Source of the DNA: Akkermansia muciniphila ATCC BAA-835
GTDB lineage: Bacteria; Verrucomicrobiota; Verrucomicrobiia; Verrucomicrobiales; Akkermansiaceae
Assembly (NCBI RefSeq): GCF_000020225.1
Contig: NC_010655.1
Location: 2,220,001-2,252,000, forward strand
DNA length: 32,000 nt
Direction of reading: 5' to 3'
Shown: positions 1 through 9,259 of the stretch, piece by piece
Layout: each line of letters begins with the position of its first letter
How positions within the stretch are numbered: the first letter of the stretch is position 1
Position numbers and translations under genes: made by a program
Notes under the pieces: model-generated
Seen by the model: only the letters and a program-made list of their open reading frames with translations
Told to the model about the DNA's origin: nothing
The model's database searches: none

Positions 1-1902
1 CTGCCGCCAGCGCTGGAAATCAGGGGAGACCCGGAATTGAAGGTGTACGGTTCCGTGGATATGGGAAAGGGGTGGAAAGGGCCGTTCCAGGTGGACCGCC
101 TCCAGATTGAGGCTTCCGTGGCGGATGTCTTTTACCAGGGAGTGGAATTCGTTTCCGCTGCGGCCAGGGCGGAATTGATTGGCCGTTCCATTAACGTCAC
201 CCAATTGGAATTGGTGCGGGATGACGGCCGGGTGAAGCTGGAAGGAAGCTATTTGGGCACCGACCTTGTTTTTACGCTGGAATCTAATCTGAAGCCTGAA
301 CTGCTGGAGACTCTGGCTGGAAATTGGTTTTCTGTCCCTGAAAATTTGCAGCTTCCGGAAAAAGCGGTTTTATGGGTGCACGGCAGGCTGGATATTCCGG
401 AGGGCAAGCCTGTGGAGCCGACTCTGGTCCGAGCACGCATCCATGCGGAGAATCTTGCCTGGAACAAGGTTCCTGTCAAAACGGCGGATGTGGAAGCGGA
501 ATACCGTCCCAACCAGCTTTTTGTGCAAAATTGCCGGATGGAAATGGAAAAGGGCGTCTTTGAATTGTTCGCCAACGGTTTTCTGGACGGTCAGATGTTT
601 GTGATGGGGCAGTCCACGGTTCCGCTGCAAACGATAGACCAATTGTTGAGCATGGAGGATGACGACTTTTTCATGAACCGCTTTGTCTTCCGCAAGGATT
701 CCGGCCTGGAGTTTTCCTTCCAGGGAACGTTGGGTCTGTATAATCTGGAAAAGGCTTACGACTTGCAGGCTACTGTTTCCGCAACCAACACGCGCTACAG
801 GGGGGTGGACTTGAAGTCCGCCCGGGCGGATGCCCATCTGGTGACGGACCAGCTGGTGCTGACCAATGTGACGACTGTGGTTTCCAACGGAAATTACCTG
901 TCTTCCGTCGGATTGTCCGGAGGCCCTTCGGAATGCACGCTCAAGGCCAAGAGCATAGATTTCCGTTTTGTGCAGGATACGGTGGAAGTGCTTGGTCTGG
1001 AGGGGCAGGCCTATCCCGGCTATACCCTGCGGATGTTTTCCGATAGTGCCGCCAGGGTTTTGAAGGAGTTTGTCTTTACCCGGCCCGTAACGCTTTCCGG
1101 CGGCGGCATGTTTCCGATGGGGGATGACATGAAGCTGATGAAGGGGCGCATCCGCTTTGACGCTTCCGCCGGGCGCGTGCGCTATCCCCTGCTGGGAACC
1201 ACGCTGGACCTCGGAAGGACAAAGGGGGAAGTGTTGATTTCTCCGCAATGGGTGGTTGTGGACAAGATGATGGGAACCATCTGGGACGGAACCTTCACGG
1301 GCCGCATTCTGGCGCAGATTGATGATGGGGATGCCCTGAACGGTTCTTTTGTCCTCCAGGACATGAATTTGACGTCTATCGGGAAATCCTATGACAAAAA
1401 AATGGAGAAAGCCACTGTGCACGGAGCCATTGAGTTTTCATCCAAGGGAGGCAATATGAATTCTATTCAGGCGAAGGGGGAGGCTGCCCTGGTGCATGGC
1501 GACCTGGTGGAAATTCCCCTGTTCGGATTTTTGGGGGAAGCCCTCTCTAATTACATTCCAGGACTGGGGCATCTGATTAATTACAAGATATCCAGGGCCG
1601 ATTGCGATTTTTCCATTGAGAAGGGTTATGTGCGCACCAGTAATTTCGCGGCCCAGGGAAGCAACATGTCTCTGGAGGGGGGAGGCTGGATACGCCTTTC
1701 CGATTTGCAGGTCAATTCAGATTTCAAGCTGGGGCTTCGCGGTTTGCCGGGGTTTATTACTTCCCCGGTTTTCCTGTTGGCCGGAGGGCTGTTTCAAGTG
1801 CGGGGAACGGGGCCTTTGAGCAATGTTTCCTGGAATTTCGCTCCGTTTTCCGGAGGGAAAGCCCCCGTTCCTCCCGCCGCGGCGCCTGCCCGGAAAAGGT
1901 AG
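1..1902 (+). CDS. 3' part of a large hypothetical envelope-type protein (5' end lies upstream of the window); AsmA/TamB-like is only a guess
   Basis: Frame 1 is open from base 1 (LPPALEIRGDPE precedes the ORF-track TTG at 37) to TAG at 1900-1902. Composition is protein-like throughout, with a Pro/Ala-rich basic tail (GGKAPVPPAAAPARKR). I found no motif I can name with certainty. Confidence 0.6.
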   Translation: MPPALEIRGDPELKVYGSVDMGKGWKGPFQVDRLQIEASVADVFYQGVEFVSAAARAELIGRSINVTQLELVRDDGRVKLEGSYLGTDLVFTLESNLKPELLETLAGNWFSVPENLQLPEKAVLWVHGRLDIPEGKPVEPTLVRARIHAENLAWNKVPVKTADVEAEYRPNQLFVQNCRMEMEKGVFELFANGFLDGQMFVMGQSTVPLQTIDQLLSMEDDDFFMNRFVFRKDSGLEFSFQGTLGLYNLEKAYDLQATVSATNTRYRGVDLKSARADAHLVTDQLVLTNVTTVVSNGNYLSSVGLSGGPSECTLKAKSIDFRFVQDTVEVLGLEGQAYPGYTLRMFSDSAARVLKEFVFTRPVTLSGGGMFPMGDDMKLMKGRIRFDASAGRVRYPLLGTTLDLGRTKGEVLISPQWVVVDKMMGTIWDGTFTGRILAQIDDGDALNGSFVLQDMNLTSIGKSYDKKMEKATVHGAIEFSSKGGNMNSIQAKGEAALVHGDLVEIPLFGFLGEALSNYIPGLGHLINYKISRADCDFSIEKGYVRTSNFAAQGSNMSLEGGGWIRLSDLQVNSDFKLGLRGLPGFITSPVFLLAGGLFQVRGTGPLSNVSWNFAPFSGGKAPVPPAAAPARKR

Positions 1903-2588
1903 GGCAGACGAAATATTTGGGTGTTGCGCAACTGCCGTAAGGAGCCGCATGCCTTGCAGCAATTGAAAATAACAGATGCCGGATATCTGACAGAAGATAA
2001 AGAGCTGTAAATTCAGAATGCCCCGTTTACGGTGCTTTCCCTCAGGAAAAGGAGTTCCCGGAGAAATTTTTCTTAAACCAGAGTATAGGCGGAAACAGCT
2101 GTAATGCTCAATTTCTGTAGGAAAGACCAGTGAAACAGGAGGTTTTTCCCCGGGAATGAAACCCGGGGCTGAACGGTGCCGGAGCGTAAAAACGTATGAA
2201 CTATGGAGCCGGAAGGAAATATCCCCACCATGCAATCCTGAAGAAGGTGCAGGAGTTCCTTCATGGAAAAGACAGGCTGCCGGTTTCCGTTGAAGTGCCG
2301 CGATTTGCTTCGGCCGTTCTCCTATGTGAACGCCCGCCTGCATGTTCCATACGGGTAGATCGTGCGGTCCGGTACGCTGCTGGCTGGATGGGAATAAGCC
2401 GATTCCGGGGCCGGATCGGCTGTTCCCAGCAGGGCGGGGCCATAATGGCGTTCTTTTACTGAGGAGAGGATGTGGCTTTACCGGAAATAGTCTGCGGCAG
2501 GAGAGGCGGTTTTAACGGGTAAAAAAGCAAATAAGGCAGGAGGTGTTGGCGTAAAAGAAGGAAGTTTTTATTCCGGAGTGGGTCCGTT

Positions 2589-2624
2589 AAAAACGGGGCG
2601 GCTGAACTGCTCCAGCCACCCCGT
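2589..2624 (-). terminator. Rho-independent terminator ending the fuc operon
   Basis: On the minus strand there is a 12-bp stem ACGGGGTGGCTG / CAGCCGCCCCGT (one G.U pair, 8-nt loop) followed by a T run. It starts 13 nt after the aldolase stop codon. Confidence 0.75.
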
Positions 2625-2636
2625 TGAAAAAGGGAG

Positions 2637-3452
2637 TTATTTACCGGATTTTCCCAGTTTGTACCCGGCGTAGGTTTCCGTGTTGTACAGGGGCTGGTTG
2701 TCCGGCACGGCGTAACCGATGGATTTGCGAATGGCGAGGAAGTCCGCCACGCCTTCCGGCCCCACCTGGTTCAGAGGTGCTTTGTGCAGGCCGGCCATCA
2801 GCACCATGCGGCAGTAGGCATCCGCATTTTCCATGAACCATTCCGCTTCTTCCACGTCACGTGCTCCGGTAATGACTCCGTGGTTTTCCATGAAAACGAC
2901 GGTGGATTGTCTGGCTGCTTCCGCCACGGCCCGGGCCGTTTCCAGAGAGCCGGGCGTTCCGTAAGGGGCCAGCGGGATGTGTCCCAGGAAGATATCCGCT
3001 TCCGGATTGATGCCGGAGGGGGGAACCTGCCCGGCAAACAGGAAAGCATTGCAGTGCGGGGGATGGGCATGGATGCAGGCATTGACGCCCACGGATTTCA
3101 TCATGGCAATGTGCGTTTTCACCTCGCTGGTGGAGGGGCGGATGCCCGCTTTCTGGCGCGCGTCCATGTCCACCATGCAGATGTCTTCCACAGCCATGAA
3201 GCCTTTGGAACACAGGGTGGGGGAGCAGAGCAGCAGGTTCTGAGCCACGCGCACGGAGATGTTGCCCCCGTTGCCGTCCACATATTCCCGGTTCCACAGG
3301 CGGCGCCCTATGTCGCACATGCGTTCCTTGATGACCAGAATTTCCGGGGAATGGAAGAATTCATTCACTTCCTCCCGCGTGACGGGGTTGTATTTTTCCC
3401 ATGGGAACACTTTGTCCGGCAGGGGAGGGGAGATTGACCAGTCTTCTGACAT
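2637..3452 (-). CDS. fucA: class II aldolase/adducin-family protein, L-fuculose-1-phosphate aldolase-like (272 aa)
   Basis: Carries the class II aldolase pattern (GNGGNISVR, HAHPPH, MENHGVITG). It is the last gene of a fucP-fucI-fucK operon. I trimmed the start to ATG 3452 (MSEDWS...), because the longer ORF to 3587 would overlap the kinase gene and its extra residues are Pro/Arg-rich junk. The 272-aa length is closer to RhaD than to E. coli FucA, so substrate is inferred from context. Confidence 0.8.
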   Translation of the reverse strand: MSEDWSISPPLPDKVFPWEKYNPVTREEVNEFFHSPEILVIKERMCDIGRRLWNREYVDGNGGNISVRVAQNLLLCSPTLCSKGFMAVEDICMVDMDARQKAGIRPSTSEVKTHIAMMKSVGVNACIHAHPPHCNAFLFAGQVPPSGINPEADIFLGHIPLAPYGTPGSLETARAVAEAARQSTVVFMENHGVITGARDVEEAEWFMENADAYCRMVLMAGLHKAPLNQVGPEGVADFLAIRKSIGYAVPDNQPLYNTETYAGYKLGKSGK

Positions 3453-3465
3453 ATTTAGTAGCGTG

Positions 3466-4890
3466 TTATTGGTTGAACTTTTCGTAGGCGGCTTCCTGGG
3501 AACCCGGCATATATGTCCGGTAGGCGATGCCGAAGGCGGCCCGGGCCTGCTCCGGCGTAGAGTACACCCCGGCGCCCGCAAAGGCAAACATGGATGCTCC
3601 CAATACCGTACTTTCTGACACTTCAGAGACTTTGACGGGAATCCGGAGAATGTCCGCCCTCATCTGGGTCCAAACTCTGTTTCTGGCGCCTCCGCCCACC
3701 AGGATGAGGAATTCGCTTTTGAAGCCGCCCACGGATTCCAAACGGCGCAGGCGGGATTTCAGCCGCCAGGTGAGAGCCTCCATGGCGGCGCGGTAGATAT
3801 GGCCGCGTGTTCTTCCCAGCACCAGTCCGTTGATGGAGCCTTTCCGGTCTCCGGAAGCCAGGAAGTCCGGAACCATTGTCACGCCGTCGCAGCCGGGTGG
3901 GACGGCGGCCGCTTCCGCATCCATGGTATCATAGGATTCCCCGTGAAAGCAGGCTGCTTTCACCCATTCGATAATGCCGGAGCCCAGCCATTGGAGCCCG
4001 GGGTTAAGAAGGCCGGATTCCGCGTCGAATTCCGCCGTGGCGCCGTCTTCATAATCTTCCCGGGCCAGCCTAGCCTGTGCGGAGCGCGCCATCAGGATTT
4101 CCCATGTTCCGGAGGAAAGGACGGGCTGGTTCTTGTCTGCTCCGGAACCGAAAATGGCGAACTGGGTGTCGTGCCCGGCGGAGATAACGGGAATGCCCGC
4201 CAGGGCCGGGAGATTCATCGCGTCTGCCGCTTCCGGCGTAAGGAGGCCAATGGTTTCCCCTGCATCCACGATGGGGGGGAAGAGGCCGCGGCTCAAACCG
4301 AGGCGGTTCAAAATGAATTCGGAAAAATCTCCCGTTTCCAGATCCGTGAGCTGGGAGGTCCCTGCCATGGTCCGGTCTGTCGCCATGATGCCGGTGAGCT
4401 TGTAGGCCAGCAGGTTGGAGATGAAGAGCCACGCATGGGCTTTTTCCAGAAGTTCCGGGTGGTTTTCCCTGAGCCAGACGAGTTTGTAAATGGTGTTGAA
4501 AGCAAAGGCCCCCACGCCGGAGATACGGTTAAGTTCCTCCTGGGAGATATATTTGCCGATGTTTTTCATGACCTCCGCCGTGCGGGGGCATTTCCAGGAT
4601 ATGACAGGATAGAGCAGGTTGCCGGCGTCATCCACCAGCGCGCCGTCCACGCCAAAGGTGGTAATCGTGACGGCCGTCACCTGTTCCGCATTTAGTCCTT
4701 CCAGGGCTTTCACGGCACATTCGGAGAGCTGTCTGAAAATCCGGTCGGCATCCCAGACGTGAAATTCCGGATTTTCCTCACCGGGCAGCGTGGCGTTCGG
4801 CTGTGAGGCCTTCCCCACAATGACGCCTTGTTTATCCACAACCATGGCGCGCACATTAGTCGCGCCGCAGTCCAAGCAGAGGGAGTACAT
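3466..4890 (-). CDS. fucK: FGGY-family carbohydrate kinase, L-fuculokinase-like (474 aa)
   Basis: The N-terminus MYSLCLDCGATNVRAMVVDKQG matches the remembered E. coli FucK start (LVLDCGATNVRAIAVNRQG). Length is FGGY-like, the start is ATG 4890, and the gene sits 13 nt upstream of the aldolase. Confidence 0.85.
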   Translation of the reverse strand: MYSLCLDCGATNVRAMVVDKQGVIVGKASQPNATLPGEENPEFHVWDADRIFRQLSECAVKALEGLNAEQVTAVTITTFGVDGALVDDAGNLLYPVISWKCPRTAEVMKNIGKYISQEELNRISGVGAFAFNTIYKLVWLRENHPELLEKAHAWLFISNLLAYKLTGIMATDRTMAGTSQLTDLETGDFSEFILNRLGLSRGLFPPIVDAGETIGLLTPEAADAMNLPALAGIPVISAGHDTQFAIFGSGADKNQPVLSSGTWEILMARSAQARLAREDYEDGATAEFDAESGLLNPGLQWLGSGIIEWVKAACFHGESYDTMDAEAAAVPPGCDGVTMVPDFLASGDRKGSINGLVLGRTRGHIYRAAMEALTWRLKSRLRRLESVGGFKSEFLILVGGGARNRVWTQMRADILRIPVKVSEVSESTVLGASMFAFAGAGVYSTPEQARAAFGIAYRTYMPGSQEAAYEKFNQ

Positions 4891-4914
4891 GAGTTAAGAT
4901 TTAATAGTGAAAAG

Positions 4915-5280
4915 TTAATAGGAATCCGGCTGAGCTTGTTGAGTTGGTTTGTTAATAGAAATGAGCATTTTAGGGATTTCTGTGCTGTCCTGGTTGACAG
5001 AGGAAGATTCCGTTTCCGTCAGGCTTCCCGTGGCGCGCAGCAGTTTAGGCCGTGCATGCGTCCCGGAATATTCCTTCAGGACAATGCGGGGTTTGGAAAA
5101 GAAGTCCCTTCTGCGGCTCTCGTAAACAGCTTCGGATAAATTGGCGGCAATGCCCGCACCGGAACGTAGGAGCTGGCTGAGCAATTCCCGCTCGACGTCC
5201 TGCTTTTTCAAGTGCCTGCATCATTGAATAATGCGGACCGCGAAAGAAAAGCTTTTAGCGGAAACGGGACTTTCTGCCAT
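4915..5280 (-). pseudogene. decayed four-helix-bundle protein gene (23S rRNA intervening-sequence protein family) with an in-frame TGA
   Basis: From ATG 5280 the frame reads MAESPVSAKSFSFAVRIIQ*CRHLKKQDVERELLSQLLRSGAGIAANLSEAVYESRRRDFFSKPRIVLKEYSGTHARPKLL...EIPKMLISINK. This parallels the family pattern FAxRIVxLYKYL...LSKQLLRSGTSIGANxxEA...DFIHKLxIAxKEAxETxYWLxLL. The TGA is at 5223-5221 and the ETxYW core is also degenerate. The ORF track reports only the 98-aa TTG-start remainder (4915..5211). Confidence 0.6.
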
Positions 5281-5330
5281 GTTTTATCCGAAGCTGTTAA
5301 CTATTACCTATTAACTGTTACCTTTCTTTT

Positions 5331-7109
5331 TCAGTATTTTCCGTATAATGGCCCGTAGTTGGCGCAGGCCCGGAAATCAGCTCCTTCCGGATCCGCCGTG
5401 CCGTGGAGACCCCAGGCAGAGGGGCGGTAGATTTGGTCATCCGGAATGTTATGGGCGTATACGGGAATGCGCAGCATGGAGGCCAGCGTCAGGATGTCTG
5501 CGCCGATGTGGCCGTAAGTAAAGGCTCCGTGGTTGGCTCCCATGTTGGCCATGACGCTGTACACGTCCGTAAAGGCTCCCTTGCCGGTCAGGCGCGGGGC
5601 GAACCAGGTGGTCGGCCAGCCCGGGTCAGTGCGTTCGTCCAGGGTCTTGTGCACCTCGGCAGGCAGATCAACAGACCAGCCTTCCGCCACGATGAGGACG
5701 GGGCCGAGTCCCTTGACGATGTTCAGGCGCATCATGGTGACGGGAGCGCCGCCCCTGGTGACGTAGTGGACGGAGTAGCCGCCGCCGCGGAAGTATTCCC
5801 GGTTGGCCGGGCACCAGACGGCTTGTTCCATCATGGTTTTCGCATCGTCCGGGGTGACGTCCCAGTGTTTTTTCATGACGGGCTGTCCGTCCTTGCCCGT
5901 GCAGGCCATGCAGCCGTCCAGGGCGGCGGAGCCGGAATTGATGAGGTGGATGATGCCGTCCTTGGCATGGCCTTCCAGCGTATAACCCGTGACGCGCTTT
6001 ACGGCTTCCGGACTCCAGTAGGTGCGAACGTCCGCGAAGACATTGGCCTGTCCGGTCAGCAGATAGCCGAAGAGGAGGCAGGCGCCGTTGAGAGAGTCAT
6101 TTTCCGTAGCGAAGGGAAGCGGGGCGCGCGGGCCGTTCCAGTCAAAGGTGGAGTTAAGCAGGGTTTCCGCGATGTCTCCGTTCGGGTAGAAGTCCGTCCA
6201 GTGGCGCTGGCCCTGGAAGCCGCCGGCAATGGCCTGGTAACCCAGGGATTCTTCTTCGCGGTCGATTTTCTTGAGCTTGGGATTGCCCTGCATCATGTCG
6301 CGGAAGATCATGGCCATCAGCACGCTTTCCCTGAAGGTTTTGCGGCGTCCGGCTTCATCCAGCTTCAGGTCCGGACGGTTTTTGTCCTCGGCGAATTTAA
6401 AGACGGAATCCGCCCATTGCATGGCGAGGTCGAATTCCGCTTCGTCATAAATTTTCTGGTCCATGCGGCGGCGCACTTCCGTCATGTCCACGGCCTGTAC
6501 GCGGATGCCCAGGTAATTTTCCCAGAAAGACTGGTCCACAATGGAACCGGCAATGCCCATGGAGCAGCCGCCGATGGAAAGATAGCCTTTTCCGCGGAGG
6601 GTGGCTACGGCGAGACCGGCGCGGCAGAAGCGCAGGATTTTTTCAGCTACGTCTTCCGGGATGGAAGTATCCGTGGCGTCCTGCACGTCTTTTCCGTAGA
6701 TGGAGAAAGCCGGGAATCCTTTCTGGTTCAGGCCGGCCAGCGCAGCGGCCAGATACACGGCGCCGGGGCGTTCCGTGCCGTTGAAGCCCCAGATGGCCTT
6801 GGGAGTGAACGGATCCATGTCAAATGTTTCACTGCCGTAGCACCAGCAGGGCGTAACGGCCAGGGAGACGCCGACGTTGTTGGCCTTGAATTTGTCCGCG
6901 CAGGCGGCGGCTTCCGCCGGGCCGCCGATGCAGGTGTCCGCGATCACGCACTTGACGGGTTCTCCGGAGGCGTGGCGGATGTTGGCCTCAATAAGGGCGG
7001 CGGCCGCCTTGGCCATGTTCATGGTTTGATCTTCCAGGGATTCCCGGACGCCGAGGCGGCGACCGTCAATCGTGGGGCGGATACCGATGGTTGGTAATGC
7101 TGTTTTCAT
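5331..7109 (-). CDS. fucI: L-fucose isomerase (592 aa)
   Basis: [41 protein letters not shown] is near-identical in pattern to the E. coli FucI N-terminus. The length also matches (about 591 aa). Confidence 0.95.
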   Translation of the reverse strand: MKTALPTIGIRPTIDGRRLGVRESLEDQTMNMAKAAAALIEANIRHASGEPVKCVIADTCIGGPAEAAACADKFKANNVGVSLAVTPCWCYGSETFDMDPFTPKAIWGFNGTERPGAVYLAAALAGLNQKGFPAFSIYGKDVQDATDTSIPEDVAEKILRFCRAGLAVATLRGKGYLSIGGCSMGIAGSIVDQSFWENYLGIRVQAVDMTEVRRRMDQKIYDEAEFDLAMQWADSVFKFAEDKNRPDLKLDEAGRRKTFRESVLMAMIFRDMMQGNPKLKKIDREEESLGYQAIAGGFQGQRHWTDFYPNGDIAETLLNSTFDWNGPRAPLPFATENDSLNGACLLFGYLLTGQANVFADVRTYWSPEAVKRVTGYTLEGHAKDGIIHLINSGSAALDGCMACTGKDGQPVMKKHWDVTPDDAKTMMEQAVWCPANREYFRGGGYSVHYVTRGGAPVTMMRLNIVKGLGPVLIVAEGWSVDLPAEVHKTLDERTDPGWPTTWFAPRLTGKGAFTDVYSVMANMGANHGAFTYGHIGADILTLASMLRIPVYAHNIPDDQIYRPSAWGLHGTADPEGADFRACANYGPLYGKY

Positions 7110-7136
7110 ATCTTGCGTAGGTGATGTGAAGCTGGT

Positions 7137-9071
7137 TCATGCCTGGGCAGGCTTTTCTTCCTCTTCCTTTTTCAGATGAGTGTTGCGGAAGAAGAAGCCG
7201 TAAATTAGTACCACGGCAAAGCAGATGATGGGAATAAAGAAGGATGACCGCACCGCTTTTTCCACGAAGTTTTCCTGGGCCGTTTGGAATTGCTTCATGT
7301 CCAGGGGCAGGGCGATGAGGTTGTCCAGCACTTCCGCCTGGTTTCCGGATAACGTGGAGAGCGCCGGAATCAGGGAGAATTGCTGAATTTGCTGTTCTCT
7401 TCCGGCAGGAGCGGGGAGGCGTTCCAGATTGGCTTTGAAAACGGCCAGTTCCCCAGGCTTGAGGGAGGAGCAGCCGGGCAGGGATTTGGCCGCCTGCTCA
7501 AAAGCGTCCCCTTCCAGGGAGGGGAGGGAAAGGAAGGTTTCCAGGTTTTTCTGGAATTTGCCGGCGGCCCTGGCTTGTTCTTCTCCGTCCGCAGGGCTGG
7601 CTTCTGACATCCTGTACAGCGCCAGCATGGCTCCGGATAAGGATTTGCGGGCGTCCGCAGCTTCCGCCTGCGCGATCAGAGGACGGTTGATGGATTCAAA
7701 ATAGGCCACCTGGTTTTTTACTGTGGTGTTGTCTATCCAGGAACCCATGTACGGGGTAATGACTGCGCCGCCCAGAATGGCCATGATAAGGCCCGCAGCT
7801 CCCAGTTTCACTTCAGACCCCAGTCCGCGCAGGGCGATGCCGTAAATAGTGGGGAACATCAGGGACATGCAGCCGGAGATTCCGACCAGTGTCCAGACGG
7901 AGATTTCCCTGGGCAGATAGATGGTGCCCAGGCAGCAGAGAATGCCGGCGACGGCGAAAAGGGACATCATGTTGGCCGGGTTAAATTTTTTCATCAGGGC
8001 CGTAGTGATGGCGCGGCAGGCGATGAACAGGATGATGGAAAAGATATAGTAGTTGGAGGCCGCCGCTTCCTGCATTCCGGGGAAGACGGACATGATGTAT
8101 TTAATCGTCCACGTCCACACGGCAATCTGCACGCCTACATAGAAAAATTGGGCTGCCACGCCGCAGAAGTAGCGCGGAAGCTTCACCAGTTTCATAAGCT
8201 GGCAGCGGTAGTCCGGCATGATGAGCAGGAAGGCGATGGGCCCGATCATCATAATCAGGATTTGCTGCACCATGCTGAATTCGAAAGCGGAATAGTACTG
8301 GAACAGGAAGGGGATGAGAATCAGGGCGATGCAGAGTCCCAGGCGGCCGAGTTTAGAGGAAAGGGGCTGTGTGTTTTCCCGGGTGGGTACGTTTTCATCG
8401 TCGGATTTGTAACGGCAGAAAAAGAACCAGATGACGGCGGCGATGGCTACCAGGCCCACATAAGGAACGCATACCCAGAAAAGTTCATCGCTGACAATGG
8501 CGTTCAGTTGTTCCGGGTCCATGGCTTTGCGGGTGTCCATGTCCGCATCGTTCAAATGCGCCAGAATGAAATATTTGGCCAGGAAAATACCTGTCAGGGA
8601 GCCTATGGGATTGAAGGCCTGGGCGAAGTTCAGACGGCGGACGCTCGTTTCCTGGGACCCCATGGAGAGAACGAAGGGGTTGCAGGTGGTCTCCAAAATG
8701 GAGAGGCCTCCGGCCAGCACGAAGATAGCCATCAGATAGATATCGAAACTTTGCCCGATGGCGGCGGGAATGTAGCACAGCGCGCCGATCATGTAGAGCC
8801 CCAGCCCGATGAGGACACCCGCCTTATAGGAAAATTCCTCCAGAAGGATGGAGGCGAAAATGGCAAGCACCGCATAGGCCCCATAGAAGGAAATCTGAAC
8901 TCCGGCGGATTCCGAAGCATTGATCATGAATATTTTGCTAAATGCCGGAACCAGGTTGTCCGTCATGTTGTTCAGGAGGCCCCACAGCGCAAAACAGGAG
9001 ACCAGCATGAAGAACGGCAGCCGGTACTGTTTGGGAACGATCGGCACGGTAGAGGTACGGTTGTTATCCAT
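7137..9071 (-). CDS. fucP: MFS L-fucose:H+ symporter-like permease, unusually long (644 aa)
   Basis: The N-terminal FALWGLLNNMTDNLVPAFSKIF and the mid-protein FCGVAAQFFYVGVQ resemble FucP signature regions. There are many hydrophobic helices. The gene is adjacent to fucI and is the first gene of the operon. Confidence 0.85.
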   Translation of the reverse strand: MDNNRTSTVPIVPKQYRLPFFMLVSCFALWGLLNNMTDNLVPAFSKIFMINASESAGVQISFYGAYAVLAIFASILLEEFSYKAGVLIGLGLYMIGALCYIPAAIGQSFDIYLMAIFVLAGGLSILETTCNPFVLSMGSQETSVRRLNFAQAFNPIGSLTGIFLAKYFILAHLNDADMDTRKAMDPEQLNAIVSDELFWVCVPYVGLVAIAAVIWFFFCRYKSDDENVPTRENTQPLSSKLGRLGLCIALILIPFLFQYYSAFEFSMVQQILIMMIGPIAFLLIMPDYRCQLMKLVKLPRYFCGVAAQFFYVGVQIAVWTWTIKYIMSVFPGMQEAAASNYYIFSIILFIACRAITTALMKKFNPANMMSLFAVAGILCCLGTIYLPREISVWTLVGISGCMSLMFPTIYGIALRGLGSEVKLGAAGLIMAILGGAVITPYMGSWIDNTTVKNQVAYFESINRPLIAQAEAADARKSLSGAMLALYRMSEASPADGEEQARAAGKFQKNLETFLSLPSLEGDAFEQAAKSLPGCSSLKPGELAVFKANLERLPAPAGREQQIQQFSLIPALSTLSGNQAEVLDNLIALPLDMKQFQTAQENFVEKAVRSSFFIPIICFAVVLIYGFFFRNTHLKKEEEEKPAQA

Positions 9072-9259
9072 ATTGCTTTTGTCAATTTCTCACAAGGACG
9101 GCGGTGCGTCAATCTGGAAACCGAAAAGAGTCCAGAAATTATCCAACCTGTTGATAAAAAAAATAAAATGATGTTTTTCCATGGAGATATTCCGTCAGTG
9201 TCCGCAGAAGCTCTTTCTTCTTCTTGACTTGTGTTTCCGCGGCGGATAGGAATGAAGAG

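Noticed and set aside
370-1422. 350-aa minus-strand ORF opposite the first gene
   Set aside because: It is a shadow ORF with an Arg/His/Gly/Pro-rich product. The plus-strand frame is open across the whole 1.9 kb.
2196-2462. 88-aa plus-strand ORF in the ORF-poor gap
   Set aside because: It has no RBS-like context and an Arg/Gly/Cys-rich composition with no recognisable family. The region is kept only as an unexplained non-coding stretch.
3453-3587. Upstream extension of the aldolase ORF
   Set aside because: It would overlap the 3' end of fucK by 120 nt and encodes a Pro/Arg/Ser-rich leader. ATG 3452 gives a normal 13-nt intergenic gap.
5403-7097. 564-aa plus-strand ORF covering nearly all of fucI
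   Set aside because: It is antisense to a near-certain FucI gene. The product is Gly/Ala/Arg/Val-rich with no motifs, which is the typical shadow ORF of a GC-rich, codon-biased gene.
8148-9227. 359-aa plus-strand ORF opposite fucP
   Set aside because: It is antisense to a membrane-protein gene with FucP signatures. Its product is hydrophilic and Gly/Asp/His-rich, with no start context.
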